Virus record (IMG/VR): IMGVR_UViG_3300047666_001143
Coordinates: 12,219-76,218 of that record
Direction: 5' to 3' (one strand)
Length of the DNA stretch: 64,000 nucleotides
DNA from: a virus
The notes under the pieces were generated by a model. It was given only the letters and a program-made list of their open reading frames with translations. It ran no database searches and had not been told where the DNA came from. Below, piece after piece: positions 36,210-47,568 of the stretch (position 1 is its first letter; each line of letters begins with the position of its first letter). Position numbers and translations under genes: made by a program.

Positions 36210-39200
36210 CTTCTATATTTGAGCTCGTGGCGTTTCTATTAAAGGGTGGTGCAACTTTTGTTATTATGAAATTGGAATCTAATTTAGCAATGTATTTATA
36301 CACATAATTCCCTTGTTTATTAGAGAGTACTTTTTCATATATATCTCCTTTGTATTGTATAAAAGGTTCACTGCTTTTGTTGATAGATATTGTTTCATAG
36401 TCTATAATTTCAATTTTCGAATTGGGTTCTGGTAAATTCGGATTATTAACTGCACTTATTCTTTGAACATTATCAAAATCCTCTGCAAATATAATCTCTT
36501 GTGGGTTCTCCTGCAAGTCTATATGTTTATTTATTATGGAATATTGTAAAAGAGCATTGTAAAAATCTCCCAACTCTTCTTGGTATTGATCTATTTTTTC
36601 TCTTGATAACAAATCGTCTTTCATAATATTAGGACCTTCTAAGTTGAATTGAGATAAAATATTAATATACAAGTCACTATTTTTAAGTTTTTCTTTTTTG
36701 ATTAGATTTTTAAAGTCTCCTTTAAACTCCTCTTTTAAATAGTTACTGTTCCCTACAGACACAGCTTTTTTATTCTCTAAGTCTCTAGGTTGAGTATTGT
36801 AATATAATTCATATAAATCCACAAGAGTTTTCGGCATAGAATCAGTGAAAACCTCTTTTGATAAATTATCTTCTTTGTTTGCTAAATGATTTGGTAAAGT
36901 TCCTTTTTTATACTGCTCATATAGACCGTCTGTTAATTCCTCAACGGTGTACTTGTTGTCTATTTTTCTATAAAAATCACCTGCAACTCTTACAAATCCC
37001 AATTCAAACATTTCTTCTTTTGTCTGTGATGTTGGTATGTGATATAGGTTATTAGTATCGGCTATTTTAGATTTAGTTACTAAGGCATATTTATTTTGTA
37101 ATACTTTAATTAGCTTTTTAGCCAGGGCTTTTATTTTAGATTCTGTTGGGTCTTGTTTTATATCTTCAACATCTTCGTTAAATTCATCGTTGATATCCGC
37201 AGGTACTCCTACTTCTTCTGTGTCCACTGTATCTTTTATATCTTCTTCTACCATTTGTTCAGTAGAAACACTTGGTACAACTTCATTTCTCAAAGCAAAT
37301 TCTATTATTTGTTTTTTTAGTTTTGGTTTTTTAAATGATTCTATTAATGTTAAGTCTTGAGTTTCATTTACTAGATTTTTAACATCTTTGGCTACTTTGG
37401 CTTTTGCCAGAGTGTTTTTATGTTTTATAAGTAGATTTTCAAATTCTTTTTCAGACAATTCCTTGTCACTTGTTTTTTCTTTGGTTTCAGTATTCTCTAA
37501 GTTTTTGCTTAGATTCATTTTAACTTTTGGAGAAACAAACATTTTTTCATTTAAATCTATAATAATTTCTGAATTTTCAAAAAACTCTGTATCTGGCATA
37601 TCCTTTATGTCCTTTTTAGAGTATTTTGTTTTTGACTTCTCCAAGGCACCCATCACTTTTTGTGTATCTAATTCCTCACTGCTATTATAAACTGTACTTG
37701 GATCAACACCATTTGTTTTCAGCAATCCTATTAACTCAGTTTCTTTCTGGAAATCTGTTTTACCACTTTCCATTATTTCTCTGGCTTTTTGCAATACAAC
37801 TTCTGATGTTGGATTTAGGGCCACTGGAAAAGCTATTTTAGTATCTCCTTGTTTTATAATAACAAAAGGTGTGTTTTTGTCTTTGGGTATAAAAGATTTT
37901 CTCACATCTTTATCATCAATGCCTAAATTACCATTAGTAGAATAACCTCTCCCTACTATATAACTGTCCGCTTGTTTTTGACTTATACCATATGTTACTA
38001 TGGAACCATCCTCATTTAATTTTATATTAGGTGTACCTATAAAAACTTTCTCTACTTCTGTTTGAAAAGGTAATATAAATTGTGAAGATGAATTTCCATC
38101 TGCCAAATCATCAATACTTATTTCGTTATTTTCTATTTTCTCTTTGAATATTCTAAAAGCCTCTGCTCTTACTTTATCGAAATTTGAATCTCCACTGTCT
38201 TTTCCAGCTTTCAATAGAGCCACTGTTTCTCCATTTTCAGTTTTGATATAGATGGCCATTTTAGATTGAATTTCTTCGTATCTGATTTTACCTTCATTTA
38301 ACAAAGGTATCATGTCTCTTACATTGTAACCATCTTCTATATCAACTACAAAATTAAGTTTTGTTCCTGGTTTCAGTTTATAAATTTCCTCTGGATTTAA
38401 TTTTTCTCCGTTGGCCCCTTCTATTCCAAAATCACTCTTCATTAACTCTCCATTTTGAAATACATACCCCCAAGCTGTTTTCAATTTGTAATTTATAACT
38501 TTTAAATTCATTGCTTTCAAGAATTTATTGGCTATTTCAGTAGTGGCCAGTATAAGTCTGTTACCTTTATTGACATCTTTTTGGATTTCAATTACTTCTC
38601 CATCTTTTTCCAGTCTGTAAATATCAACTAGTTTTGGATCTTTTTTGGTTCCTATATTTTCCACTCTTACAAAAGTCACGTCAAAACCATTCTCTCTTAA
38701 TGTACCTAAACTTAAATGAGATAGTTCCAAAGCTTCTCCATCCTTACCTATATTTACATAAGACATAGTTTGTCCAAAATCAGTATTCTTGCGGCCCATA
38801 GAATACTCTTGATTAGCTTCATCGACCATTTCAATAACTTGCTCTTTGTTTGGTTGAGTGTTATCGTCAGTAAGTTCACTTTCAAATTTTTCTATTCTAT
38901 CCAATATGTCTTGTATAGACAATCCATTGGAATTTGTTCCAGTAACTATTCTCCAATTGAATAATTTGGTATTTAGTTTTTGGTATTCTGCAATTTCTTC
39001 ATCGTTAAAAGTACTTCTTTTTTTAACATTTTCACCTATTTCTTCTAATGGCCTACCAACTATTTTATTAATATCTCCTATAAATTTGTCTCTTAGTTCT
39101 TGGTATTTATCTAGGTCTTTTTGTGTTGGTCTTTCATCATCAACTAGGTCATTTTCATCGTTTGAAAAATTAGTTAACAAGAAATAGTTTTTTGATACAA

Positions 39201-42200
39201 GCTCTCTTAATTGTTTTTTAAGGTTATTTATTTTATCTTGTATTAAGTTTCCAGTTGGTATATCTTCTTTATCTGCTAAAATATCATCCGCTTTAGTCTC
39301 TTCAACTTTTTCTTGATTGCTTTTTTCTTTTGGAATTAAGTTTGAATCATCTGCTGATGGCATAATTTCTGCGTCCGCTGGCTTCATGTTTTTCTCTAAT
39401 TCCTTGGCAAAATCTTGTTCTTCATTTTGAGTTTGTTGAAGTCTTTTTAAGAATTCCAAAGTAGTTATACCTGCTTGCTTTTTCTTTTGCATCATGGTAC
39501 CAATTCTTTTTAAACCTAACTCTGGATCCATTAAGTCTTCTAAAGTTTGAGCATTCCTGTTCCACATCTCAAGACCTTTCTTGTACTCTTGTGCAAGTTT
39601 TTGTATCTTAGTTGCTAATTGTGGGTTTTTAGAATTTGCGATAGTTTCATCTAATTTTGCAAGGTCTTTAATAGTTTGTTCTATTGTATTTGCCTCAACA
39701 AAATCATCATTTGTCAGTGGATCTATCGCATCTAATTCTTCCGATATTCTTCTGGTTCTATAACTTATTTTAGATGTATCGGACATCCCTTCTTTGTACC
39801 CAGCTAAATTCTCTTCTGCTTCTTTTAGTTCTTCATTTGTTTTTGCTATGTCTGCTTCTGCATCAAGTATTCTTTTACCTATTTTTTGAGCTTCAACTGA
39901 TATTTTTTCATTGCCTTCTGGAGTAGAACTGATTATATTATCTGCTTTTGCTTTTCTTTCTAATAATAAATTATAATCTCTTTTTCTTTTTCCTAAATAC
40001 TGCTGTAATCTATTTACTTCAATCACATCTTTTTTACTAGATCTGTTTAAAATATTATACTCTTGTAATGCTTTGGAAAATTGTCCTCTTAATTTAGGAT
40101 TTAATTCTCCAACAGCTTCTATTAAAGAACTATTGGCCCCTTCCATGTTAGCTTCACTTTGCTTTGTCATTACCATTTGGTAGGCAATAGCTTGTCTTGC
40201 TTGGTGCACATCTATATCAGTGGCATCTTCCCAAAGCTCTTTTGGATTGTCTGATATCATATAATCAGAAAATTCTTTGGCAGATTTATACTCTTGTCCT
40301 AATTGACTGTATTGAGAAACTAATTCTGTTATTTTTCCGTCTACTTCACTTTGCTCTATGTCGTAATGTTCTGCTAGTTCAGATTTTTTTCCTTCCTCGG
40401 CCTTACCTTGTATTTTCAAAGCTGTTTCAAAATCAGCTACTTGGTCGTCTAAATAGTCAAAATCATTAGCGTGTTTTACAGATGTCAACATTATTCTTGA
40501 TTGAGCATCTGCAATTCCCATTATATCTCCTTTTTCCTCTGCTTTTTCCAAAGCTGTATTTGCTGCCTGTAATTCTGATGCAACTAATATTCTTTCCTCT
40601 GCTTGAGTTGCAAAAAGTCTTTCTACTGTTTTTGTACCTGTATTGTTATTTAGATTTTCTGCTTCTGCTACACTTCCTGTTGCAGCATTTTCTTTGGTTG
40701 CTCCACTTCCGTCTTGTTTTCTTCCAGCACTCCTAGCTTCTGAAAATAATCCTTGTTTTGGATTAGATATAAAATTAGAGCCCTCTCCTCCAATAAGACC
40801 TATTAGCATACCCAAACCTACTTCTTTCCATCCTTCTTTAGTTCCATATGTATGTGAAAAACCATCGTACATACTTTCCACTAATCCCATTGCTTCTTTA
40901 CTTGGATTGTATCTTGATGTAAGGTAATTCTCCATTGCAGAAGATGCTGTTGCTTGTCCTCCTTCTTCAACTATACCCTCGTAAAAAGGATTTTTAAGTA
41001 TGGAAGTTGTGAAACCTAATCCTCTTTGTAATTTTGTTCTTTGTATTGCTTTGGATGCTCCTCTAGTTCCATCTTTGGCTATTTCAGTTGTAACTCCATT
41101 TCCATAAAATAGTTTATTAAGATATTTACTGGATGTTTTAAAAGGAGATGTTACTCCGAATGTATTGCCTAAAATTGCAAAGTTTGAAGTTCCTACTAAT
41201 GCCATATTGGTTGCCCATAGCATATTAGTGGTATTTTCTAATTCATCATTAAAACTAGCTATATCTTTACTAGTTGGTTTATAACCATTTAAATTTTCAA
41301 AATCTCTGTAAAAATTATCCTTTTGTTCTTTTTTATAGAGTCTGGCTTCCATACCTGCTTCAAAACCTGCTCCTGTATAGGTAAATCTTAATAAGTTAGC
41401 TGTTTGACCTATCTTACCTCCTTTTTTAGCCCATTTAGTTTTTTCTAGTAATTCTGCACCTCTTATAAATTTCTTACCTCCCTCTGTTGTAGTCTTTGCT
41501 CCTTTTGTTAATGTTTTTGCAAGACCAAAATATTTACCATATCTCAATCCTTGTCTGGCCATTGTAGTGGTTAATGATGCTCCTCCAGTTGCCGCTGCCC
41601 ATAATGATTCAGATATAATTGTACCTGTCATAAAAGATAGTCCCCCTAAAAAGTCATCTGCCCAAAAATTAGCTGTCCCCATAGACTGTCCAAAATTCAA
41701 ATCTCTCTCTCCCTGCTCTCTGTAATTAGCAGAGAAGTTGTCCATTTTAGAATTGTAGTCGTCTAACAGGTCATAAAAAGAGTTATCGTATATATTCTCC
41801 CAATTACCTTCTGCAATAGCTGAAATAGCCCCATATGCAGTTCCTAGAGTTCCTCCTACTATATTGTTTACTGTCTTACCTACAAACTTCCCTAAACCAT
41901 TAGTCCATTTAGATGTTGTTGATTGGTTTTTAGCATAAATATCTTCGTTATCTAATCCTAATGTATACCCTTCATCATATCGAGTTATATAATCCCCGTT
42001 GGATAATTTGGTATAAGCATCTTTTATATTTATTCTATTTTCTTTAAAACCTACCTTATTAGAATCTTCAGATTGAAACATAGAAGAGAAATAATCAGCA
42101 TTTTCAGCCTTCTCATCTAATTTTTCAAACTGAGTTAATTTTTCATCTGCTTTAAATTTAATATCATTATATACTAAATCCAAAGGATCTATCTTTGGTC

Positions 42201-42240
42201 CCTCTAAGTTTACCAGTGACTCTGTTAAATTATCTGCCAT
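36154..42240 (-). CDS. giant virion cargo protein with N-terminal Gly-rich hydrophobic helices
   Basis: 2028 aa; GLGKFVGKTVNNIVGGTLG and FLGGLSFMTG segments; coiled coils. Confidence 0.7.
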   Translation of the reverse strand: MADNLTESLVNLEGPKIDPLDLVYNDIKFKADEKLTQFEKLDEKAENADYFSSMFQSEDSNKVGFKENRINIKDAYTKLSNGDYITRYDEGYTLGLDNEDIYAKNQSTTSKWTNGLGKFVGKTVNNIVGGTLGTAYGAISAIAEGNWENIYDNSFYDLLDDYNSKMDNFSANYREQGERDLNFGQSMGTANFWADDFLGGLSFMTGTIISESLWAAATGGASLTTTMARQGLRYGKYFGLAKTLTKGAKTTTEGGKKFIRGAELLEKTKWAKKGGKIGQTANLLRFTYTGAGFEAGMEARLYKKEQKDNFYRDFENLNGYKPTSKDIASFNDELENTTNMLWATNMALVGTSNFAILGNTFGVTSPFKTSSKYLNKLFYGNGVTTEIAKDGTRGASKAIQRTKLQRGLGFTTSILKNPFYEGIVEEGGQATASSAMENYLTSRYNPSKEAMGLVESMYDGFSHTYGTKEGWKEVGLGMLIGLIGGEGSNFISNPKQGLFSEARSAGRKQDGSGATKENAATGSVAEAENLNNNTGTKTVERLFATQAEERILVASELQAANTALEKAEEKGDIMGIADAQSRIMLTSVKHANDFDYLDDQVADFETALKIQGKAEEGKKSELAEHYDIEQSEVDGKITELVSQYSQLGQEYKSAKEFSDYMISDNPKELWEDATDIDVHQARQAIAYQMVMTKQSEANMEGANSSLIEAVGELNPKLRGQFSKALQEYNILNRSSKKDVIEVNRLQQYLGKRKRDYNLLLERKAKADNIISSTPEGNEKISVEAQKIGKRILDAEADIAKTNEELKEAEENLAGYKEGMSDTSKISYRTRRISEELDAIDPLTNDDFVEANTIEQTIKDLAKLDETIANSKNPQLATKIQKLAQEYKKGLEMWNRNAQTLEDLMDPELGLKRIGTMMQKKKQAGITTLEFLKRLQQTQNEEQDFAKELEKNMKPADAEIMPSADDSNLIPKEKSNQEKVEETKADDILADKEDIPTGNLIQDKINNLKKQLRELVSKNYFLLTNFSNDENDLVDDERPTQKDLDKYQELRDKFIGDINKIVGRPLEEIGENVKKRSTFNDEEIAEYQKLNTKLFNWRIVTGTNSNGLSIQDILDRIEKFESELTDDNTQPNKEQVIEMVDEANQEYSMGRKNTDFGQTMSYVNIGKDGEALELSHLSLGTLRENGFDVTFVRVENIGTKKDPKLVDIYRLEKDGEVIEIQKDVNKGNRLILATTEIANKFLKAMNLKVINYKLKTAWGYVFQNGELMKSDFGIEGANGEKLNPEEIYKLKPGTKLNFVVDIEDGYNVRDMIPLLNEGKIRYEEIQSKMAIYIKTENGETVALLKAGKDSGDSNFDKVRAEAFRIFKEKIENNEISIDDLADGNSSSQFILPFQTEVEKVFIGTPNIKLNEDGSIVTYGISQKQADSYIVGRGYSTNGNLGIDDKDVRKSFIPKDKNTPFVIIKQGDTKIAFPVALNPTSEVVLQKAREIMESGKTDFQKETELIGLLKTNGVDPSTVYNSSEELDTQKVMGALEKSKTKYSKKDIKDMPDTEFFENSEIIIDLNEKMFVSPKVKMNLSKNLENTETKEKTSDKELSEKEFENLLIKHKNTLAKAKVAKDVKNLVNETQDLTLIESFKKPKLKKQIIEFALRNEVVPSVSTEQMVEEDIKDTVDTEEVGVPADINDEFNEDVEDIKQDPTESKIKALAKKLIKVLQNKYALVTKSKIADTNNLYHIPTSQTKEEMFELGFVRVAGDFYRKIDNKYTVEELTDGLYEQYKKGTLPNHLANKEDNLSKEVFTDSMPKTLVDLYELYYNTQPRDLENKKAVSVGNSNYLKEEFKGDFKNLIKKEKLKNSDLYINILSQFNLEGPNIMKDDLLSREKIDQYQEELGDFYNALLQYSIINKHIDLQENPQEIIFAEDFDNVQRISAVNNPNLPEPNSKIEIIDYETISINKSSEPFIQYKGDIYEKVLSNKQGNYVYKYIAKLDSNFIITKVAPPFNRNATSSNIEVDTTKTDITTTEGSELDC

Positions 42241-45130
42241 TTGTTGTTATTGCTGTTTTATAATCTAATATTTGTTTTTGTGTGTATATAGAAAGAAAAG
42301 CAGATGGTGCTCCATAATAAACTTTTTTAAATAAATCTAAGGAGACATTGTTACCCAATGGTATTTCTCCTACTTCTGTATTTGTTTCTTTATTAAATAT
42401 ATTTATTATGTAATCTTCATCTAATCCTTTTGATATTTGCATAGAATAATTGTGAGTATTTTTTTGAAAATCATCAAATTGTGCTTTTATTTTATTTCCC
42501 ACCTCTGGGTACATATTTAAAAGTTCATTAGTTTGTCTTGTAAATAATATTTTTTTAGACTCTGACTCTGATGCTAATCTTCTAAATCTATCTTCTCTAG
42601 GTATATCTCTGTTTAATAATTTATTCAGTCCTATATTTTGTTCCTCACTATTTCCTATAAATCTTATATCTTTCATTTCAGAGTTTAAATCTGATAAAGT
42701 TTCAGCAGTGTATCTTCCTTCCTCATTTTTAATATACTCATTAAACAAAGTCATTTGAGGTATGTCTGTTTTATTTATATCCGCTTGGATTATAGTTTGA
42801 TTGGCCACTGATTCTTCTCCTTCTACTTTCGTGAAAGATTTTGAAATTTGATAAATTTTATAACCTCCATCTGGTTTTGCATATATATCTATTGGTCTTC
42901 GGTAATCAAATGCTGCTTGACTTGATACTTTATTTGCTACTTCCTCCCATATAGGGGTTACATCACTTTTTTCAAGACTACCTTGTATTCTAATTAAATT
43001 ACTGCCAGCTACTGTAGTAAAATCTCTACCTAATTCATTTTCATAAAATTCATCATATTTTTTATTTGAAAACTCGCTTGATATTTCAGATTCATTTCTT
43101 GCAGTAAGATCTGTATCTCTTAATCCAAATCCACTTCTTAAAGTCTCATAAACTATACTTATATTACTTATTCCCGTACCAAAACTTCCTTTTTCAAAGT
43201 TACTTTGAGTTTGGTTTACAACTTTTGCAAAGCCTGTATCTTTATTTTTTAATTTTAAAGTGTAATCTCCACTTTTTTCTTTTGTTACGTTATAAGTATC
43301 TTCTAAAGTCTCTCCTGTTACATCCTCGGCTGCTTTTCTCATAATTTGGTACTCTCTATCATCTATTTTTAAGTTACCCTGAGTTGTAAAAGCTTGTTTA
43401 TATGAATTAAAAGAATCTACAAAACCTCCTAAAAGAGGTATATTTGACTCCTCTATTTCAGATTCTCCTACTTTATCAAAAAAACCACTTTGCGATAAAT
43501 CTACTGTTTGTAAAGCTAAAGAAGATTTATATTTTTTTGCTTCTTTACTATTCCCATTTACAAAAGTTTTATATGACTCACTGTCTTTTACTCCATTACT
43601 TTCCAAGTACTCTCTCATATTAACGTCTCCTTGCGGAAGACTCATTAAAAGACCTTTTTCATCGTTCAATACTTGATCTATAACGTCCTCAGATAAAGCT
43701 CCAGTAGTAATATATTTATCGGTTACTTCATTTTCTCTTTTATTAACTCTCATTACTTGTTTTCTTGCATCCTCTACTTCCATTTTAACATTTGGAGGTA
43801 AAAACGTGGATCCAAGTTCATCTAAAGCTAATTTATTCAATGTTTGGTCAGATATATTTGACCCGAATTCTTTTATTACATCTGCTCTTTTTCTTATTTC
43901 ATCTTTCCTAGACTTAAATATATCTTGTTTTTCAGTAGGTAAGCCGCTAATAGCTGTACTTATAATTTTAGTCTCTTGTTTTCTCAAGTCATCTGCTCTT
44001 GTTCTTGCATCTCTTAAAATATTTACTCCATCAGGTAAATTAGTTTTACTTGTTAGTGTGGATATTTCCCCTCTGTAATTAGGAGAGCCTCCTCCTACAT
44101 TTGAATCTCTTAAAGCTTTTAAGGCTTCTTTATCATATGTCTTAGATAACACTCTATCTTGTGTAAACATGCTTGCATAGAGCTTCAATCTATTGTTCAT
44201 TAACTGTTGTCCCCCTATAGTCTCTGCTGTTTTAGATAGTAGCATATTCTGCTCAAATTGTGAGCTATTTGATTCTAACTGATCTATTTGATCTTGCTTT
44301 TGTTGTTTTTGTCCTTCCGTTAAACTATCATTTTCATCTTTAGATTTTTGTAACTTATCTATTTGAGTTTTATATTCTAATTTCTTACTCTTTATTACAC
44401 TATCTCTGCTATTCATTGCAGCTTGATTATCCATACCATACATCATGGAACCATCTATTTCCAACTGTTTTAAATCATTTGAATTTAACTGTACTCTAAG
44501 ATGGCTTTCCATTTCCTCGGGAGTTACTTGGGATATCTTTTTCTTTATTGTTTCTCCTGTTTTCCAATCTTGTATCTCTATAGTATCATCAGGTAGAGCA
44601 GCTTTCAATCTTATAGCTTCATCTGATATTTTTTTATCAACGTCTGAATATTCTAAATATTGAAAACTTCCTACCTCACCTGAATTACCAGATAAGTAGT
44701 TATTTACTCCGCTTTTTTGGTATGCATATTGAAAGTTTTGTTGATTCAAAGTGCCTTTTTTACTCCTATCTTGCTGGAACTGTTGTATCTGACGTATTTT
44801 TTTAGTGTTGGCGACTTGTTTTAGAACTTTTGGGTCTCTTGCAGCCTTTGACAGAGCATCTTGAATTGAAAATCGAGCCTTCTTGCTTGAAAAATTTATA
44901 GAACCTGTATCGCCTAGTGTATTCAATACACTAGATACTTTTTCTTTCAAATATCCTCTATCTTCTTCACGTATCAAATCGGCACCTAAAACTGCCTCTA
45001 CAGATTGTTGCATTATACCGTAGTTTTGATCTATGGTATTTTGTTGATTTTTTAAAGTGGAGTCTATATAAGCGTGATTTATAGAACTTGTTGGTTTGTT
45101 AAATCTTCTTGGTACACTGTTATAATTCAT
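42230..45130 (-). CDS. virion cargo/structural protein
   Basis: 966 aa; position in the cargo cluster. Confidence 0.65.
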   Translation of the reverse strand: MNYNSVPRRFNKPTSSINHAYIDSTLKNQQNTIDQNYGIMQQSVEAVLGADLIREEDRGYLKEKVSSVLNTLGDTGSINFSSKKARFSIQDALSKAARDPKVLKQVANTKKIRQIQQFQQDRSKKGTLNQQNFQYAYQKSGVNNYLSGNSGEVGSFQYLEYSDVDKKISDEAIRLKAALPDDTIEIQDWKTGETIKKKISQVTPEEMESHLRVQLNSNDLKQLEIDGSMMYGMDNQAAMNSRDSVIKSKKLEYKTQIDKLQKSKDENDSLTEGQKQQKQDQIDQLESNSSQFEQNMLLSKTAETIGGQQLMNNRLKLYASMFTQDRVLSKTYDKEALKALRDSNVGGGSPNYRGEISTLTSKTNLPDGVNILRDARTRADDLRKQETKIISTAISGLPTEKQDIFKSRKDEIRKRADVIKEFGSNISDQTLNKLALDELGSTFLPPNVKMEVEDARKQVMRVNKRENEVTDKYITTGALSEDVIDQVLNDEKGLLMSLPQGDVNMREYLESNGVKDSESYKTFVNGNSKEAKKYKSSLALQTVDLSQSGFFDKVGESEIEESNIPLLGGFVDSFNSYKQAFTTQGNLKIDDREYQIMRKAAEDVTGETLEDTYNVTKEKSGDYTLKLKNKDTGFAKVVNQTQSNFEKGSFGTGISNISIVYETLRSGFGLRDTDLTARNESEISSEFSNKKYDEFYENELGRDFTTVAGSNLIRIQGSLEKSDVTPIWEEVANKVSSQAAFDYRRPIDIYAKPDGGYKIYQISKSFTKVEGEESVANQTIIQADINKTDIPQMTLFNEYIKNEEGRYTAETLSDLNSEMKDIRFIGNSEEQNIGLNKLLNRDIPREDRFRRLASESESKKILFTRQTNELLNMYPEVGNKIKAQFDDFQKNTHNYSMQISKGLDEDYIINIFNKETNTEVGEIPLGNNVSLDLFKKVYYGAPSAFLSIYTQKQILDYKTAITTNGR

Positions 45131-45146
45131 ATGATTGTAATATTTG

Positions 45147-45154
45147 CAAATATA
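45147..45154 (-). promoter_or_regulatory. -7 box for the cargo genes
   Basis: TATATTTG on the - strand in the intergenic gap. Confidence 0.55.
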
Positions 45155-45161
45155 CTAAAAA

Positions 45162-47495
45162 TTATTGGTTTGTACTATTTTGTTTTGCCATTCTATTAGA
45201 TAAATCTTTATTTGAACTTCCTTGTTTTCTTTTGAAGTTCTGTCCGTCGAAATAAACATCCTCATTACTAGCATTAGCTAAATTTAAATTTTGTACATCC
45301 ATAAATTTCTGTTTGTTTATAGATTGAAGTTGTGAGTAATAGTCATTCAAGTCCCTTTCTTGATTAGCTTGAGCTGTATAAATTCTATTTTCGTAACCTT
45401 GGTTATAGTTATTGTTTTGATTTTGCTCTCTTTGTTGTATTTGAGCATTTGTGTACGTGGCTCTATCTTTACCTTGTAAATTTTGAGTATCTACTTTGTT
45501 TCTAATATCTGATTCTTGATTTTGTGAATTACCTCGCATATTTGCTAAAACTGCTGCTCTCACATTTGGACTGAGACCCTCAAGACTTTGTACTTGAGAT
45601 TGCTCTCTATTTCTTATGTCTTGTAAGTAAGGATCAATTGCAATTTCATTGGCTGAAACTCTATCATATCTTGCAATAGGTTTTATAGTTCCTTGTAAAG
45701 AAGATGGAGGTAGAGGTTGCTCATCTGGAAATAAGTACATACCCATTCCATTATTGTTTCTCGGTGTATTAACTTGTATATTATCATTACTGTCGTTGTT
45801 TTCAACAGGACTACCGTTGTTTTCAACAGGTGGTCTTCTAGCTTGTAAACTTGGGGTTGGATTATTTATATTTAAAGGCTGTATTCCTGCGGGTGTTAAT
45901 TGCTCAAACTGTAAACCCTCTGTGTAAAAGCGTTCATCTTGTGTTCCAGCCATTTTTTTAGTATTGTAACTTATAGCTTTATTTTTAAAATCTTCAAAGT
46001 CAGAAAAACCAGCCTTATCTTCTTCTGATAAAGTGTCCCATTTTGCAGAGTAACTTATACCACTGCTTTGTCTGCTCTCAGAACCAGGAGTACCTCTTTT
46101 TATAAACTGTCCATTTCCAGTAACTTCCCACTCTCCAGATTTAACTTTTTTCATGGCTTCTTCTCTCGTTACTTTCTTTCCTGTTTTTGGATCTGTATCT
46201 CCTATTTTTATACCATCTTGATATTTAGGTACTTCTTTCTTACCTCCGTATTTAAAGTTCTGAATTAGTTCTTTTGCTCTGTCAATGGATATCCCGTATT
46301 CCTCAGCTAAAGAACTTAATTTTCCACCATCTTCAAAAGAGTTATTTGTTTGTTTGTCTTTTGGTTTAGAGTCTTCTTGTATATTAAATAGTTCATCAAA
46401 AATGCCTTTCCTAGCTTCTTCAATTGGTTCTTTTCTTTGCTGTATTTCTTTTACTTTTTCAGATAAAACTTGTATGTTGAAATCTCTTGTAGTGGTATCT
46501 TCTACTTTTTGTTGATCCCCTATTTTTTTCATCATACTTGCTTCCTCCTCTACTAGTTTGTCTAGTTTAGTTTTTTTCCTGAATTTATCTAGGACGTCTG
46601 AGTATGTGTTTTTGGCTTTTAATTTTAAGTCGTATTTACTTGCCAAAGATTTAGCTTGTTGTGCTCCTAACTTTAATTTATCAGATAACACTCTGTCCTC
46701 GGCTTCCATATTTACTTTCTCTCCTCCTTGTGAGTGTTTGTTTCCCACAACTTCTGCTATATCTCCTTGGTTAGTTTGGAAGTATTCTCCATCTTCTATT
46801 TCAGCATTATAAACCCCTGTTTTCTCATTTTCCACGCCGCTCATATATTCACTAGTAATCATCTCTTCATCTTTCTTTCCTCCGTTAGCTAAATAATCTA
46901 TTTTACCTCCGTTTTGCATGTACTGAGCTACATTTCTATCCTTTTTTAAATTTTTTAAAGCTTCTGACATTGTGTATTGTTCTCTATTGGCTTGGCCCAT
47001 TCCAGACATAATATTTCTTCCTAAGCCTGCTGCAACTTTTATTCCTGCAACTGTGCCTCCTAAAGCATCTCCATTTTTTATACTTTGTCCTAGATAATTC
47101 GCAGCAGATGGTAGGTCTACTCCTCCGTAAGGATTAGGCATATTATAGTTTCGATTGTTAGCCTCCTCACCTATTCCTAAGTCTTTATCTAGATCTCCCA
47201 TTGATTCATCTAAATCAGCATCAGCTTCTTTTCCTGCTGCTTTTATAGGGTCATATAGGTTGTCCGCTGATGAGTCTTGACTTTTAAATTCTGCGGAATT
47301 CATAAATTCTTGGTTTTGCCTAGCTAAATCTATTTCGTCGCTATCCTCGTCTGTAAATACTCCTCCAGGAGAAAAATTATTGATATCTTTATACCCACCA
47401 TTCATAAACTTTTCAATGTTTATTTCAGTAGACTTACCAGATTTAGTATCTTTTATTTGTGTTTTTCCTTTGTATTTTACGATTTTATATGCCAT
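45162..47495 (-). CDS. virion protein with repeated xxxGG motifs
   Basis: 777 aa; AEIEDGE...HSQGG...VLSD domain; FMNGG, FSPGG, MQNGG, LANGG, FEDGG, FKYGG. Confidence 0.65.
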   Translation of the reverse strand: MAYKIVKYKGKTQIKDTKSGKSTEINIEKFMNGGYKDINNFSPGGVFTDEDSDEIDLARQNQEFMNSAEFKSQDSSADNLYDPIKAAGKEADADLDESMGDLDKDLGIGEEANNRNYNMPNPYGGVDLPSAANYLGQSIKNGDALGGTVAGIKVAAGLGRNIMSGMGQANREQYTMSEALKNLKKDRNVAQYMQNGGKIDYLANGGKKDEEMITSEYMSGVENEKTGVYNAEIEDGEYFQTNQGDIAEVVGNKHSQGGEKVNMEAEDRVLSDKLKLGAQQAKSLASKYDLKLKAKNTYSDVLDKFRKKTKLDKLVEEEASMMKKIGDQQKVEDTTTRDFNIQVLSEKVKEIQQRKEPIEEARKGIFDELFNIQEDSKPKDKQTNNSFEDGGKLSSLAEEYGISIDRAKELIQNFKYGGKKEVPKYQDGIKIGDTDPKTGKKVTREEAMKKVKSGEWEVTGNGQFIKRGTPGSESRQSSGISYSAKWDTLSEEDKAGFSDFEDFKNKAISYNTKKMAGTQDERFYTEGLQFEQLTPAGIQPLNINNPTPSLQARRPPVENNGSPVENNDSNDNIQVNTPRNNNGMGMYLFPDEQPLPPSSLQGTIKPIARYDRVSANEIAIDPYLQDIRNREQSQVQSLEGLSPNVRAAVLANMRGNSQNQESDIRNKVDTQNLQGKDRATYTNAQIQQREQNQNNNYNQGYENRIYTAQANQERDLNDYYSQLQSINKQKFMDVQNLNLANASNEDVYFDGQNFKRKQGSSNKDLSNRMAKQNSTNQ
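45789..45830 (-). repeat. 21-bp tandem duplication (PVENNGS/PVENNDS)
   Basis: Two near-identical units. Confidence 0.85.
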
Positions 47496-47499
47496 TATG

Positions 47500-47549
47500 T
47501 TAAAATATTATTAAAAAAAATTTATATTTGTTATTTTATTGTATCTTTG
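47500..47549 (+). promoter_or_regulatory. promoter for the opposite-strand inserted gene
   Basis: TTAA-AATATTA-TTAA 47500-47514; TATATTTG 47523-47530; TATCTTTG 47542-47549. Confidence 0.65.
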
Positions 47550-47568
47550 CTTTATAAATAAATACCTT

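Noticed and set aside
47175-47230. DxDxD strings (DADLD, DLDKD) as an RNA polymerase active site
   Set aside because: They lie in an acidic low-complexity stretch of the 777-aa protein with no RNAP context.
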